DNA of 64,000 nt from positions 1 through 64,000 of the IMG/VR virus record IMGVR_UViG_3300030333_002885; one strand, 5' to 3'. Source of the stretch: a virus. The first letter of the stretch is position 1. Each line of letters starts with the position of its first letter. The position numbers and the translations under genes are program-made. Below are positions 48,774-59,316 of this stretch, in pieces. The notes beneath the pieces were generated by a model that worked only from the letters and a program-made list of their open reading frames with translations, made no database searches and had not been told where the DNA came from.

Positions 48774-49241
48774 ATGAAAAGGCTTATAACTATTATATTG
48801 CTATTAGGTAGTGCTGGTGCTGCAAGAGCAGTGCCAGTGGTCCCAAACTTTCAGCAGGGCTCTATGACGAGCCATACCGAAACTGAATCTACAGTAACGG
48901 AAACAATTAATTCCATTGATTATAGGACAGGATGGGAATACTCAGTGACTGGGGTAGGCATCGACAACAACGGAGAGGCTTTGAATCCCCCAACATCAAC
49001 ATCGACAGTAACAATCAGCCCAACAGTAGGGTCAGGAGACGGAGCCCTAACAGGGTCAGTAACTTCTTCGTTCGATGCTTTAGACATGTCAGCAACAAAC
49101 AATTTCACAATACACGAACCTGGTGGAGCCTTCCAATTCAGTCAAAGCTATCAAGGACCAGGTATGACCAACCAGACTCTCATACAGAGGGTAACCACTA
49201 TAAAAAGCGTCACAGATACAACAAGCACATTTACGCAATAG
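48774..49241 (+). CDS. Exported protein 2 (signal peptide)
   Basis: MKRLITIILLLGSAGAARA then VPVVPNF; AGGAG Shine-Dalgarno. Confidence 0.7.
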   Translation: MKRLITIILLLGSAGAARAVPVVPNFQQGSMTSHTETESTVTETINSIDYRTGWEYSVTGVGIDNNGEALNPPTSTSTVTISPTVGSGDGALTGSVTSSFDALDMSATNNFTIHEPGGAFQFSQSYQGPGMTNQTLIQRVTTIKSVTDTTSTFTQ

Positions 49242-50260
49242 CTACTATAGGTAGTCTTATATCACCTAATGTAGCATTAGCAGAAGGAGTAGGTGGAGTT
49301 AGTGCTACTGCCAATCCCATAGCCAATAGTTCGGGCTCGGTCACGAACCAGGCAATCCAGGTTTTACAAGGTCCATATGTAACTAATACCTACGGTGGTG
49401 GGGTGTCATGTCAGGGTACGACTCTCAATATGACACCGTATGTTCAGTTTGCCGACTCTAGGAAGTGGCCATGGGAAGATTATTATAACGAACCACAATA
49501 TAACCTAACAGATGTAGAAGGAAGGACAGTTAAACAGACAGTAACAGTAAAGAATTATCCTTGGGAAGAATGGTATGATGATCGTACTAAGGATGATGGT
49601 ACTAGATGGTTTGAAGATGGAGACGATATACAAATAGAAATAGATGTTCCTGCTGCTGATGGTGTACCTGACATTGTAGGTAGTGGAGGGGAAATGACCC
49701 CGACATGGTATAAACCAATTAGAACAGATATGAGAGCGAACCAGAGTTTCAACTTAGGTATCTCTGCTACGCTTTCAATACCATTGAACAGAGGTATGCA
49801 AAGAAGATGTAAGGAGGCAGCACAGGCACAGATTAATCATCAAGTACAGTTGACATCTAACAAAAGATTGGATTTTGAAATCGCAAGATTGAAAAATTGT
49901 GGTGAGCTAAAAAAAGCTGGAATATTTTTCCACCCTGCATCGCCGTATCATAGTATATGTGCTGATGTTGTAGTAACATCTCCTGGTGGTCAGATATTAC
50001 CTCACGAACATCAGATACCACAACCTACTTGGACGCAACCTTCTTCTTCCCAAACTTCAACGGAAGTAGACCCTTCTTCTCTCGATACTGATTCGTCTGG
50101 ATCTCAGATAAAGTTGGACGGTACGGAGTCTTCCCAAGAATCTTCTGACCTTTCGCAATCACTTTCTTCACAATCGGCTTCACAACTTTCAGAAGAAGAT
50201 CAGCGAGGGGTTTTGCAAGTAGGGCAGATGTCGTTGCCACAGCAGCAATCGTTGCCGTAG
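48932..50260 (+). CDS. Exported protein 3 (true start unclear, probably near 49200)
   Basis: KKRHRYNKH plus hydrophobic core plus ALA, then EGVGGVSATANP; several Cys. Confidence 0.6.
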   Translation: MGILSDWGRHRQQRRGFESPNINIDSNNQPNSRVRRRSPNRVSNFFVRCFRHVSNKQFHNTRTWWSLPIQSKLSRTRYDQPDSHTEGNHYKKRHRYNKHIYAIATIGSLISPNVALAEGVGGVSATANPIANSSGSVTNQAIQVLQGPYVTNTYGGGVSCQGTTLNMTPYVQFADSRKWPWEDYYNEPQYNLTDVEGRTVKQTVTVKNYPWEEWYDDRTKDDGTRWFEDGDDIQIEIDVPAADGVPDIVGSGGEMTPTWYKPIRTDMRANQSFNLGISATLSIPLNRGMQRRCKEAAQAQINHQVQLTSNKRLDFEIARLKNCGELKKAGIFFHPASPYHSICADVVVTSPGGQILPHEHQIPQPTWTQPSSSQTSTEVDPSSLDTDSSGSQIKLDGTESSQESSDLSQSLSSQSASQLSEEDQRGVLQVGQMSLPQQQSLP

Positions 50261-50936
50261 TAGATACTACAGGTATAGATGGTAGAAATTGCTCTATTGT
50301 TGGAACAGGTTCCCATATGGTTTCACATATCTTACCATCAGGTGTCAATTTATATTCTTTAACTTTCTCTGTACCTGCCTGATTCAGGTCTCCTATGCGT
50401 CTTGCATTGAGTGGAGGACATTCTACAGGTCCATCGTTATTTCCTCCTGCTGGAGGTGGTGGAGGAGTATCTAAATCAGGAGATGGTGGTTTACCAGTAT
50501 CGACACCTTCTGCTTCTTCTTGTTCTTGAGTAATAGTTTGCCAAGTTAATTCTCTATAATCATAATCAGGTGGTTCATAGTATGGAGCACCAGCATCACA
50601 CAATACTACATTTCCTTTGGGGTCATCATTGACCAGCATTTTATTTTTATTTCCTTCAAACTTAGTATTATTCTCCTTACTTACCTTAACACAACCAGGC
50701 ATATTAACAATAGGAGTTCCAACTCTTTCAGTAACAGGAACTACTACTGGTATTGCTTGAGATGGTTCTACTAACCATATGCGAGCATCAGCAATCTTAT
50801 TAACACCAACCTTTTGTATATTTGTATTACCAATTCGTCTGGTTCCGATAAACTGGATACCACTATTGTCAACTCGTATCAGAGGGATACCAGTACCGTT
50901 AACTTCTACCTTAGGTATATTATTAATTTCGCTCAT
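50025..50936 (-). CDS. Membrane-anchored hypothetical protein
   Basis: Cys pairs, Pro-rich linker, C-terminal hydrophobic helix and basic tail. Confidence 0.65.
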   Translation of the reverse strand: MSEINNIPKVEVNGTGIPLIRVDNSGIQFIGTRRIGNTNIQKVGVNKIADARIWLVEPSQAIPVVVPVTERVGTPIVNMPGCVKVSKENNTKFEGNKNKMLVNDDPKGNVVLCDAGAPYYEPPDYDYRELTWQTITQEQEEAEGVDTGKPPSPDLDTPPPPPAGGNNDGPVECPPLNARRIGDLNQAGTEKVKEYKLTPDGKICETIWEPVPTIEQFLPSIPVVSTTATIAAVATTSALLAKPLADLLLKVVKPIVKKVIAKGQKILGKTPYRPTLSEIQTNQYREKKGLLPLKFGKKKVASK

Positions 50937-51189
50937 TTGGTACTACCTGTTTATAATCTTGTTGAGGTACTGTTAAACCTTTAACTGGACCTGAGGATTT
51001 TGGCCAAGCATTCACTAATTGTTTATATACTTCCTCTCTAACTACTTGTCTTATTTTCTCTATTTGTGCATCCTCTCGTTTTTGGGGACCACCAGTTTGT
51101 TGGTCAATAACATGATTACCACCAACAACTGCACCAGTACCAACTACAACAACTGCTGTTCCAGTTGATGCTATTTTCTGAAAGTCCAT
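50923..51189 (-). CDS. Hypothetical protein
   Basis: Hydrophobic N-terminus; coupled to the next minus-strand gene. Confidence 0.55.
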   Translation of the reverse strand: MDFQKIASTGTAVVVVGTGAVVGGNHVIDQQTGGPQKREDAQIEKIRQVVREEVYKQLVNAWPKSSGPVKGLTVPQQDYKQVVPNERN

Positions 51190-51259
51190 CTATTTATTAG
51201 TAACGAAGTATTTATCCATGACTAAATAACATCAGCACAATGTATCTTATAATAGAGAG

Positions 51260-54200
51260 ATGCCTTTAAATAAGTTAGAGAATTTTATTAAGAATACTGA
51301 GGGTAGGATTCTCTATGTTAATCCAAATGACTTGGACTCTACCGATAGTATTACTAATCAGGGTAACTCTTTAACCAAACCCTTCAAAACGATACAGAGA
51401 GCACTGTTAGAATCTGCTAGATTCTCATATCAGTCAGGTATTGATAACGATGAAAGTGATAAGACAACAATTCTAATATATCCAGGTGAACACCAAATTG
51501 ATAACAGACCTGGATTTGCTATTAAACCAGATCCAACAGATCCTACCAGAGCAAAGGTTGTATCTCCTGCTGGTGCAGAAACTTTAGGTACAGCAACACT
51601 TAGTCTTTCATTGACTAGTGAATGGGATCTTACTGTAGAAGATAATATTCTTTACAAATTTAATTCAGTACATGGTGGAGTTATAGTACCTCGTGGTACA
51701 TCCATCGTAGGTATGGACCTCAGAAAGACTAAACTCCGTCCATTATATGTTCCAAACCCTACAGATGATACTGTTCCTGAGTCTGCTATATTCAGAATTA
51801 CTGGTAACTGCTACTTCTGGCAGTTCTCATTCTTTGATGGATTAACAGAAGGATTAGTATATACTGACCATCAACAGTTTACAGCACAGAACCAGTCTAA
51901 ACCAACATTTTCACACCATAAGTTAACATGCTTTGAGTATGCTGATGGTATTAATGATGTCAAGGGATATGATAATACTGATCTTAGCATGTATTATTAC
52001 AAGCTAAGTTATGCTTATCAAGAACCAACAGGTCGTGCTATTAACTATGAGTGGCCAAACTTTGAGGGAGACTTTGATGCAGTTCGTGAGGAATATGAGA
52101 TAGTTGGTGCTCTTGGTACTGACCCATTAATTATATCATCAATTATATCTGGTGATGGACTAACACCTACTGCTCAGATAACTGTAACTACACAGGGATC
52201 ACATGGATTAACTGCTGGTACTCCAATTAAGATTAGTGGAGTTAATGTTAGTCAATATAATGTATCAACACAGGTACAGAGTGTCATATCAGATACTGAA
52301 TTTACATATTTAATTACTAATTTCCCCAATAATTTACCTGCTAAACCTACTAATATTACTGCTGCTAGAGTAACTATTGAATCTGATACTGTTAAGGGTG
52401 CATCACCTTATATCTTTAACTGTTCAATGAGATCAGTTTATGGTATGAATGGAATGAAGGCAGATGGATCTCAAGCAACTGGTTTCCGTTCAATGGTTGT
52501 TGCTCAGTTCACTGGTATTTCATTGCAGAAAGATGATAGAGCATTTACAAAATATAACCCTGAGACAAGATTGTATGAATCTATATCATATAGCACAGTT
52601 AAAGGAGCACAATTAGCAGCAGAATCTAGTTCTACTGACCCAAGCACTGTATATCACTTAGATTCAAGAGCAATATACAGAAAAGGATGGGAACAAGCTC
52701 ATGTTACTATAAAGAAAGATGCTGTCTTGCAGATAGTATCTGTGTTCGCTATTGGATTTAATGCACATCTATTAGGAGAGAGTGGTGCTGACGCATCTAT
52801 TACTAACTCTAACTCTAACTTTGGTCAGTATGCTTTAGTTACTGATGGATTTAGAAATAGTGCATTCCCTAGAGATGATGAAGGATATATTACTCATATT
52901 ATATCACCTGAATATGTACCAACATTCTCAGAAGATTTAGATAATATTACATATTTCCAGTTGGATGTACCTAAAACACAACAGGCAGGTATATCTTCAC
53001 ATCTATATCTCTCTGGATTTAATAAGCAAGACTTGTCTCCATTATCATTAACACAGGGATATAGACTTGGTGCTAACTTGAATGAAAATCTATATGTTTC
53101 TATTGGTGGTAGTGAGTTTAGTTCTCCAGTCTACATGCCAGAGAATGTAGTAGTTGGTTTGCAGACTGCTAGTGTTGGTATCAATTCTAATAGAGGTACT
53201 AAGTTTAGTACAGCTAGTGTACCTAATGCTAATTATGAGATGACCGTACAGGATATAGGTATTATTAGTGGTGAGAGTATTCGTGTCTTTAGTGATTATG
53301 GTGATCTTCCTGAAGGTTTATCACCCAATACAGTATATTATGCTATTAAAGTTGATCCTACTACACTTAAGGTTGCTAAGACATTCTCTAATGCAATTAA
53401 TAACATTCCTATCTCATTATATGGTGGTAGTAATTTAAGAATTGAAAGTAGAGTTAGTGATAAAGATCCTAGTGTAATAGGACATCCAGTACAATGGGAT
53501 CCTAATCAGAATAACTGGTATGTATTAACAGAAACTAATAGTGACATTTATAACGAACTTGTTAATAATACTAATGTTAATAGTATAGATGCAACAGACT
53601 CTTCATACTTTAAGAGATATGAGGATAAGAGAGGTATTGAGAACAAACTATACAAGGTTCGTTATGTAATACCTAAGGAGTCTGACAACTCTAGAAATCC
53701 TGTAGACGGGTTTATTCTTCAGAATACGGGTTCTACTGGTTTTGCTAAGACTGCTGATATTACTGCTACAAGTATTACAGCACAGGATAATAATTATAAG
53801 AGATCTTATGGTTTCATTGCTACATGTAGTGAAACATCTGATACTGTCACAGTTAGAGCAGAGTTACCACACAATGTTAAGGTTGGTGATATTGTATATA
53901 CTCAAAATATTGCAGATTCAAATAATACTCTAGCAGTAGATAATAAAGGATATAATGGTTACTATGAGGTAACTGCTGTACCTAATAATATGGAGTTCCA
54001 GTATAGTAATACTGATATTGAAGGTGATAAGAAGAATACTGGTAATTATATTGAGGAGAATTCTAATAGAACTATTGATCTACCTAGATTCTCTATTAAT
54101 GATAATAAGGGTAACTTTGACATCTATAGATCTACAGTTATATCTGATTGGGCTAAAGATGAGAGTGATGGTGTTTATATATTAGAAGTATTAGCATCTG

Positions 54201-56512
54201 ACTATGCACCACCAACAGAATTTACAGATCAGAAGTATAGTCAACAGGTTACTGATTTCTATCCACAGTTAGATAGAGATAATATAAGAAAGAACCCACC
54301 ACCAACTGTATCATTTGCAAGAAGAGATCCTATTGGTAGAGTTGATACTAATAGTCTTCTTAACTCTGTAACTAGAGAGTCAATAGATAAGTTTACTAAG
54401 AACTTTGGTGTAGGTATTGCTATATCCAGTGTTACTCCTGTATCTGCTGGTATAGCAACTATTCAACTTACAGGTCAGCATACTTATAATGGTTTTGTTG
54501 AGTATGAGAACCTCTCACCATATAATAGTGGTGCTGGATTTGCTGAAACTACCAAATATAATGTCAGATTGTTAGATAGTCTTGGTGGTTGGGATGGTGC
54601 AACAGCTACTGTTGTTGTAGGTGTTGGTTCTACTCAAATTACTGGTCTTACTATACAATCTCCTGGTTCTGGTTATCAGGGTGGTGAAACATTATTCCCT
54701 GAGAATTTTGCTGGTGCATCTATTGGAGTACCAACTACAGGTATTATAAGCAATGTTAATGATGGAATACAAGTAACTGGTGCTGGTGAGACTACTGGTG
54801 GATACTTTAGAATTGTTGGTGTTCCAACTAAGGATTCTATTACTATTGGTATATCTACCTTAGATCCAACAATTAATGCACACCAATACATCTATAGAAT
54901 TGGACCTACTGTTGCCATAGCATCTACAGAGTTTGATAGTACTACAGGTATTACTACATTTGTTACATCTAGTGCTCATGGGTTGAGACAGGGTGGACAG
55001 TTTACTCTTATTAATGCTAATAATGAGAAGGTAGGAGACTTTTATACCACTAACATTCTAAGTGGTGTTACATCATTTACATCTAGAACTGTTACAGATC
55101 CAACAGTGTCTAGTAACTATAGAATAATACAACATGCTTTCTCTGATAATAATCAACCAGTAAATGTTACTGAAGCTATTGGATCTAGGTTCTTTAACTT
55201 CTATGGTGGTGATTCAGTTGGTCTTAAGACTGATATTACTACTACAGATACATCATTACCAGTACAACATGCTAGTGGTATTGGTACTGGTAACAGATTC
55301 CAATTAGGTGACTATCTAGAAATTGGTGAGGAGATAGTTCGTGTAGTAAGCACTGGTCTTGGTGGAGCAGCAAATGATGCACTTACGGTTGTTCGTGGTG
55401 CAATGGGTACAGTTCCTAAGACACATAGTATAGACTCTATTCTTAAGAAGATTAAACTTCTAGCAGTAGAGACTAGACGACCATCTATTCTTAGAGCATC
55501 AGGTCACACATTTGAATACCTTGGTTATGGTCCAGGTAACTATTCAACATCATTGCCACAGGTTCAGAACAGATCACTGAGTGAAGTTGAAGAATATCTT
55601 GCACAGGCACAGAATAGAGGTGGTGGTTCAGTTGTATATACTGGACTGAATAACAGAGGTGACTTCTTCATTGGTAATAAGAAGATTAACTCTGCTACTG
55701 GACAGGAAAAATCATTCGACATTCCTATTCCTACTATTACTGGTGAGGATCCATCTGCTAACTCTATTGTAGTTGATGAAATTACAGTTAAGCAGAGAAT
55801 TAATGTTGAGGGTGGACCTCAACAGAATATCCTGTCACAGTTTGATGGTCCTGTTACATTTACCAATGATGTAAACTTCACTGGTAAGGTTGTATCTAGT
55901 GGTAGTATTGAACTAGCAGGTGATATAGCATTTACTGGTCAGTTCCCAACTGGTGCAGATATCAATAATATACAGATTGGTATTGGTACACAGAAGACTG
56001 AGATCACTACTAAATTTAATGCTGGTGATTTAGTTCTTAATGCAGCACCAGGATTTAAGGTTGCTATCGCAACTGATACTGCCTATGATGCACCAGTGTT
56101 CTTTAATGAACAGACTAACATTAGTGGATTCACTACCTTTAGTGGTGATGTATTCTTTAGTGGTGCTGGTGTTACATTCTGTGGTGGTCCAATTCACTGC
56201 TGTGATGATATTATCGCATTCTATGGTCAATCATCTGATGCTACATTAAAAGAGAACATATCCACATTGGATAATCCTCTTGAGAAACTTGTTGGTATTC
56301 GTGGTACTGAATATGATTGGAAGGAAGGTAACAAGAACTATCAAGGACATGATATTGGTGTCATTGCCCAAGATGTTGAAAAGGTTCTTCCAGAAGCAGT
56401 ATCAACTAAACCTGACGGCACTAAGGGTGTCCATTATAATAAACTAATTCCTCTATTAATAGAGGCAGTCAAAGACTTATCACAACAGGTCGATGACATC
56501 AAAGATAAATAA
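51260..56512 (+). CDS. Large virion/tail-fibre protein with C-terminal peptidase S74 chaperone
   Basis: 1750 aa; SD..LKENI...G.IAQDVEKVLPEAV...V.Y..LIPLLIEAVK.L. Confidence 0.8.
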   Translation: MPLNKLENFIKNTEGRILYVNPNDLDSTDSITNQGNSLTKPFKTIQRALLESARFSYQSGIDNDESDKTTILIYPGEHQIDNRPGFAIKPDPTDPTRAKVVSPAGAETLGTATLSLSLTSEWDLTVEDNILYKFNSVHGGVIVPRGTSIVGMDLRKTKLRPLYVPNPTDDTVPESAIFRITGNCYFWQFSFFDGLTEGLVYTDHQQFTAQNQSKPTFSHHKLTCFEYADGINDVKGYDNTDLSMYYYKLSYAYQEPTGRAINYEWPNFEGDFDAVREEYEIVGALGTDPLIISSIISGDGLTPTAQITVTTQGSHGLTAGTPIKISGVNVSQYNVSTQVQSVISDTEFTYLITNFPNNLPAKPTNITAARVTIESDTVKGASPYIFNCSMRSVYGMNGMKADGSQATGFRSMVVAQFTGISLQKDDRAFTKYNPETRLYESISYSTVKGAQLAAESSSTDPSTVYHLDSRAIYRKGWEQAHVTIKKDAVLQIVSVFAIGFNAHLLGESGADASITNSNSNFGQYALVTDGFRNSAFPRDDEGYITHIISPEYVPTFSEDLDNITYFQLDVPKTQQAGISSHLYLSGFNKQDLSPLSLTQGYRLGANLNENLYVSIGGSEFSSPVYMPENVVVGLQTASVGINSNRGTKFSTASVPNANYEMTVQDIGIISGESIRVFSDYGDLPEGLSPNTVYYAIKVDPTTLKVAKTFSNAINNIPISLYGGSNLRIESRVSDKDPSVIGHPVQWDPNQNNWYVLTETNSDIYNELVNNTNVNSIDATDSSYFKRYEDKRGIENKLYKVRYVIPKESDNSRNPVDGFILQNTGSTGFAKTADITATSITAQDNNYKRSYGFIATCSETSDTVTVRAELPHNVKVGDIVYTQNIADSNNTLAVDNKGYNGYYEVTAVPNNMEFQYSNTDIEGDKKNTGNYIEENSNRTIDLPRFSINDNKGNFDIYRSTVISDWAKDESDGVYILEVLASDYAPPTEFTDQKYSQQVTDFYPQLDRDNIRKNPPPTVSFARRDPIGRVDTNSLLNSVTRESIDKFTKNFGVGIAISSVTPVSAGIATIQLTGQHTYNGFVEYENLSPYNSGAGFAETTKYNVRLLDSLGGWDGATATVVVGVGSTQITGLTIQSPGSGYQGGETLFPENFAGASIGVPTTGIISNVNDGIQVTGAGETTGGYFRIVGVPTKDSITIGISTLDPTINAHQYIYRIGPTVAIASTEFDSTTGITTFVTSSAHGLRQGGQFTLINANNEKVGDFYTTNILSGVTSFTSRTVTDPTVSSNYRIIQHAFSDNNQPVNVTEAIGSRFFNFYGGDSVGLKTDITTTDTSLPVQHASGIGTGNRFQLGDYLEIGEEIVRVVSTGLGGAANDALTVVRGAMGTVPKTHSIDSILKKIKLLAVETRRPSILRASGHTFEYLGYGPGNYSTSLPQVQNRSLSEVEEYLAQAQNRGGGSVVYTGLNNRGDFFIGNKKINSATGQEKSFDIPIPTITGEDPSANSIVVDEITVKQRINVEGGPQQNILSQFDGPVTFTNDVNFTGKVVSSGSIELAGDIAFTGQFPTGADINNIQIGIGTQKTEITTKFNAGDLVLNAAPGFKVAIATDTAYDAPVFFNEQTNISGFTTFSGDVFFSGAGVTFCGGPIHCCDDIIAFYGQSSDATLKENISTLDNPLEKLVGIRGTEYDWKEGNKNYQGHDIGVIAQDVEKVLPEAVSTKPDGTKGVHYNKLIPLLIEAVKDLSQQVDDIKDK

Positions 56513-56539
56513 CTCAAAGGTCTTGCCTACTAAAAGATA

Positions 56540-59305
56540 ATGCCTAGCAATTATAAAACCGTCATCAATTTTAGAGATGGTATTCAGGTTGATACCGATG
56601 ACCTGATATCTAATAATGGTCTGGTGGGTATTGGTAGTACCATACCTAGGCAACAGTTAGATGTTCGTGGTAATGCAATAGTTGAAGATAATACATTTGT
56701 AAATAATCTGACTGTAACGGGAGTTCAGACTAATTACGGGGTCTTAAATGTAGGTACTGGATATTCGGTAGGAATCGGAACCACAGTTCCTGAGGCAGCA
56801 TTTCAGGTTGGTATTGGTACTACTGGATTCACTGTTAGTGAATCTGGTGCTGTTGTTGCCCAGTCATTTACGGGTGATGGATCAGGATTAACGGGATTAC
56901 CAGCAGCACAATGGATTAATCCTGGTGCTGGTAATACGATATATGCACTCAAGGATGTTGGTATAGGTACTGAATTAACTAGAGGTGGTGCTGATTTTGG
57001 TGTAGGATATGAGATATACATGGATGCTGAGAGTGGCATTGGAACATTTGAAGGAATAAAAGCAAAGAATATAACTGCTGTTAATGTTAGTGGTCAGGGA
57101 CAGGGTACTGTTGTTGGTGATGTTGGTACATTTTCTACTGTAACTGCAACAACGCAGATAGAAGCACCACAATTTATTGGTACAGTTACTAATGCTACAA
57201 GATCAGTCGTAGCAGCAGGTTTGACTGATAGTCCTGATATTGATGTTAATTATATTACGGGTGTTGGTGGAACATTTACGGGTATCACTAGCTTTAGTAC
57301 ACTTCAGATTAGCGGTGGTATTGTTGCTAACGGTGGAATAATAACTGCAACAACATTTGCTGGTACTGCCTCAACTGCTGTTGGTGCTCAAACTGCATAT
57401 AGTCTACTAGGACAACCAGATATATTGGTTGATAGTGTGACAGTAGATGGTATTGCACCTTCTATTATTAAGGGTGTAGGTGTTAGTACTATTGGTCAAG
57501 ATTTATTGGTAGGTGAGTTCCTAGGTGTTGGTGCAACAACATCAGCTTCAGGACAGGCAGCAGGATTTATTGGTACTGTTAGAGTATCTGATGGTGATAT
57601 TATCCTAGGTGGTAGTATTTCTATTGGTGGAAGTATTGTAGGTAATCTATCTCTTGGTGGAGATACTGATGTTAATACATTAAATGTTGGTGCTGGATTA
57701 TCTGTTGCTGGTATTACTTCATTCACTGGTACTGTCACTGGTGCAGGTGACATGTCATTCCAAGGAGATATATCTTGTGATGAATTAAATACAACACAAG
57801 GAATGACCGTTGGTGGTGCATTTACTTGTGGTTCTGTAGTATCATCTGGTTCTGGTACATTCTCTGGTGGTGGAGTCGTAGCTAATGGTGGTCTTACTGG
57901 TACTGGTGGTGGATTAGTTGTTGGTGGTGGTGCTACTCTAGGAGGAGATATTAGTCTTACTGCTGGTGGTGCTATAGGATTATCAGGAGTTAATCTTCCT
58001 GGTGCTGCTGTTACATGTGGTAAGATTGAATCTGTTGGTGGTCTTGTTGATTCATCTGGTGGTATTCAGGTTGCTGGTGGTGCTACTATTGGTGGTCCTC
58101 TTAAGGGTGCTACTGATATTGCAGGAACTGGGACATGTACTGTATCTGGTGGATTCTATGGTGCAGTAGTAGATGCTACTAATGGAAACTTTGCAGGTGT
58201 TGTAACTACAAATTCACTATCTGTTGGAGGTGACCTAGAGGTAAATGGCATTGGTACTATTGTTTTAGGATATACTAAACTTGATGGATTAACTGGTTTA
58301 ACAACTGGTAATGCTTATATTGGATACGCTGGTGTCAGCACATTTGTTGATATTAATATGACAGAGGGTAGTACCTCTAAACTTAGAGCTAAGAATATTT
58401 GCTGTGGTGATGGTGTATCTGGATACACTACTAGTCTTACTACAGGTTTAGCAGTAGTTAGTGGTGGAGAGATATGGGTAGATACTGAAGGTGCTACAGG
58501 TGGTATTGGTATTGGATCTACCTCTGGACAGAGAACTGGTACTGACGCATTACATGTTGGATTAATCAGACAAGGTGGAACATTAGTCAATACTCAGTCA
58601 ATATTTGAAGGTAGTGTTGGTATTGGAACCACATCAACTTTAAATGCTGGTAATAATGGTGGAACACTTGAGATCTATAAGAATACAGTGTTCTGGAATA
58701 ACCACACTGGTGTTGGTGGAACTATTGGTGTTGCTGGTACTACTACATTAAGAATTGGTATTAATAGTGGAGAACCAGGTGGTAGTCTTGATATGAGATA
58801 TGCTGGTGAGGCATTTATCTTACCAAGAAATTATACTCCTAGTGGTGGTGTAAACGACAACCCTGCCTATGTTGATGTCAATGATGCTGACTATGAAGGC
58901 AGTATGTGGTATGATGGTCATAACAAAGTATTCAGGGTCAGGATGGAAGGTCCTGGTGCTGTTGGATTAGCAACAGATCCTGGATTTGATTTCTTCCAAG
59001 AAAGAGGATGGAAAGGACAATTGATTAATCAACAAATATCAGGTAGTTTTGAAAGGTACAGGGATACTGGACCTGGAGGTGGTGGTGTATCACCTACTAA
59101 TCCACCACAATTCCCTGTAGGTTGGGGTACTGCTAACCAGTGCTATTATCAACCAACAAATCAACTTCAGATTTATGGATCAGATAGTATATGGAGATCA
59201 TTAGTAGGTAGTGCTACAACTGGAGTTGAATTTATTATTGATGGTACTACTGCTAAACTAAATGTAGCAGGAGTCGGATCAATTTCATTGGGTACACTAT
59301 CCTGA
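56540..59305 (+). CDS. Gly-rich tail-fibre protein
   Basis: VGIGTT.P and FTGDGSGLT fibre motifs. Confidence 0.7.
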   Translation: MPSNYKTVINFRDGIQVDTDDLISNNGLVGIGSTIPRQQLDVRGNAIVEDNTFVNNLTVTGVQTNYGVLNVGTGYSVGIGTTVPEAAFQVGIGTTGFTVSESGAVVAQSFTGDGSGLTGLPAAQWINPGAGNTIYALKDVGIGTELTRGGADFGVGYEIYMDAESGIGTFEGIKAKNITAVNVSGQGQGTVVGDVGTFSTVTATTQIEAPQFIGTVTNATRSVVAAGLTDSPDIDVNYITGVGGTFTGITSFSTLQISGGIVANGGIITATTFAGTASTAVGAQTAYSLLGQPDILVDSVTVDGIAPSIIKGVGVSTIGQDLLVGEFLGVGATTSASGQAAGFIGTVRVSDGDIILGGSISIGGSIVGNLSLGGDTDVNTLNVGAGLSVAGITSFTGTVTGAGDMSFQGDISCDELNTTQGMTVGGAFTCGSVVSSGSGTFSGGGVVANGGLTGTGGGLVVGGGATLGGDISLTAGGAIGLSGVNLPGAAVTCGKIESVGGLVDSSGGIQVAGGATIGGPLKGATDIAGTGTCTVSGGFYGAVVDATNGNFAGVVTTNSLSVGGDLEVNGIGTIVLGYTKLDGLTGLTTGNAYIGYAGVSTFVDINMTEGSTSKLRAKNICCGDGVSGYTTSLTTGLAVVSGGEIWVDTEGATGGIGIGSTSGQRTGTDALHVGLIRQGGTLVNTQSIFEGSVGIGTTSTLNAGNNGGTLEIYKNTVFWNNHTGVGGTIGVAGTTTLRIGINSGEPGGSLDMRYAGEAFILPRNYTPSGGVNDNPAYVDVNDADYEGSMWYDGHNKVFRVRMEGPGAVGLATDPGFDFFQERGWKGQLINQQISGSFERYRDTGPGGGGVSPTNPPQFPVGWGTANQCYYQPTNQLQIYGSDSIWRSLVGSATTGVEFIIDGTTAKLNVAGVGSISLGTLS

Positions 59306-59316
59306 GGTAAGAGCGA

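Noticed and set aside
4780-58590. Short ORF-track entries nested within or antisense to long genes
   Set aside because: They lie inside well-supported CDSs and show no motifs of their own; most likely codon-bias artefacts
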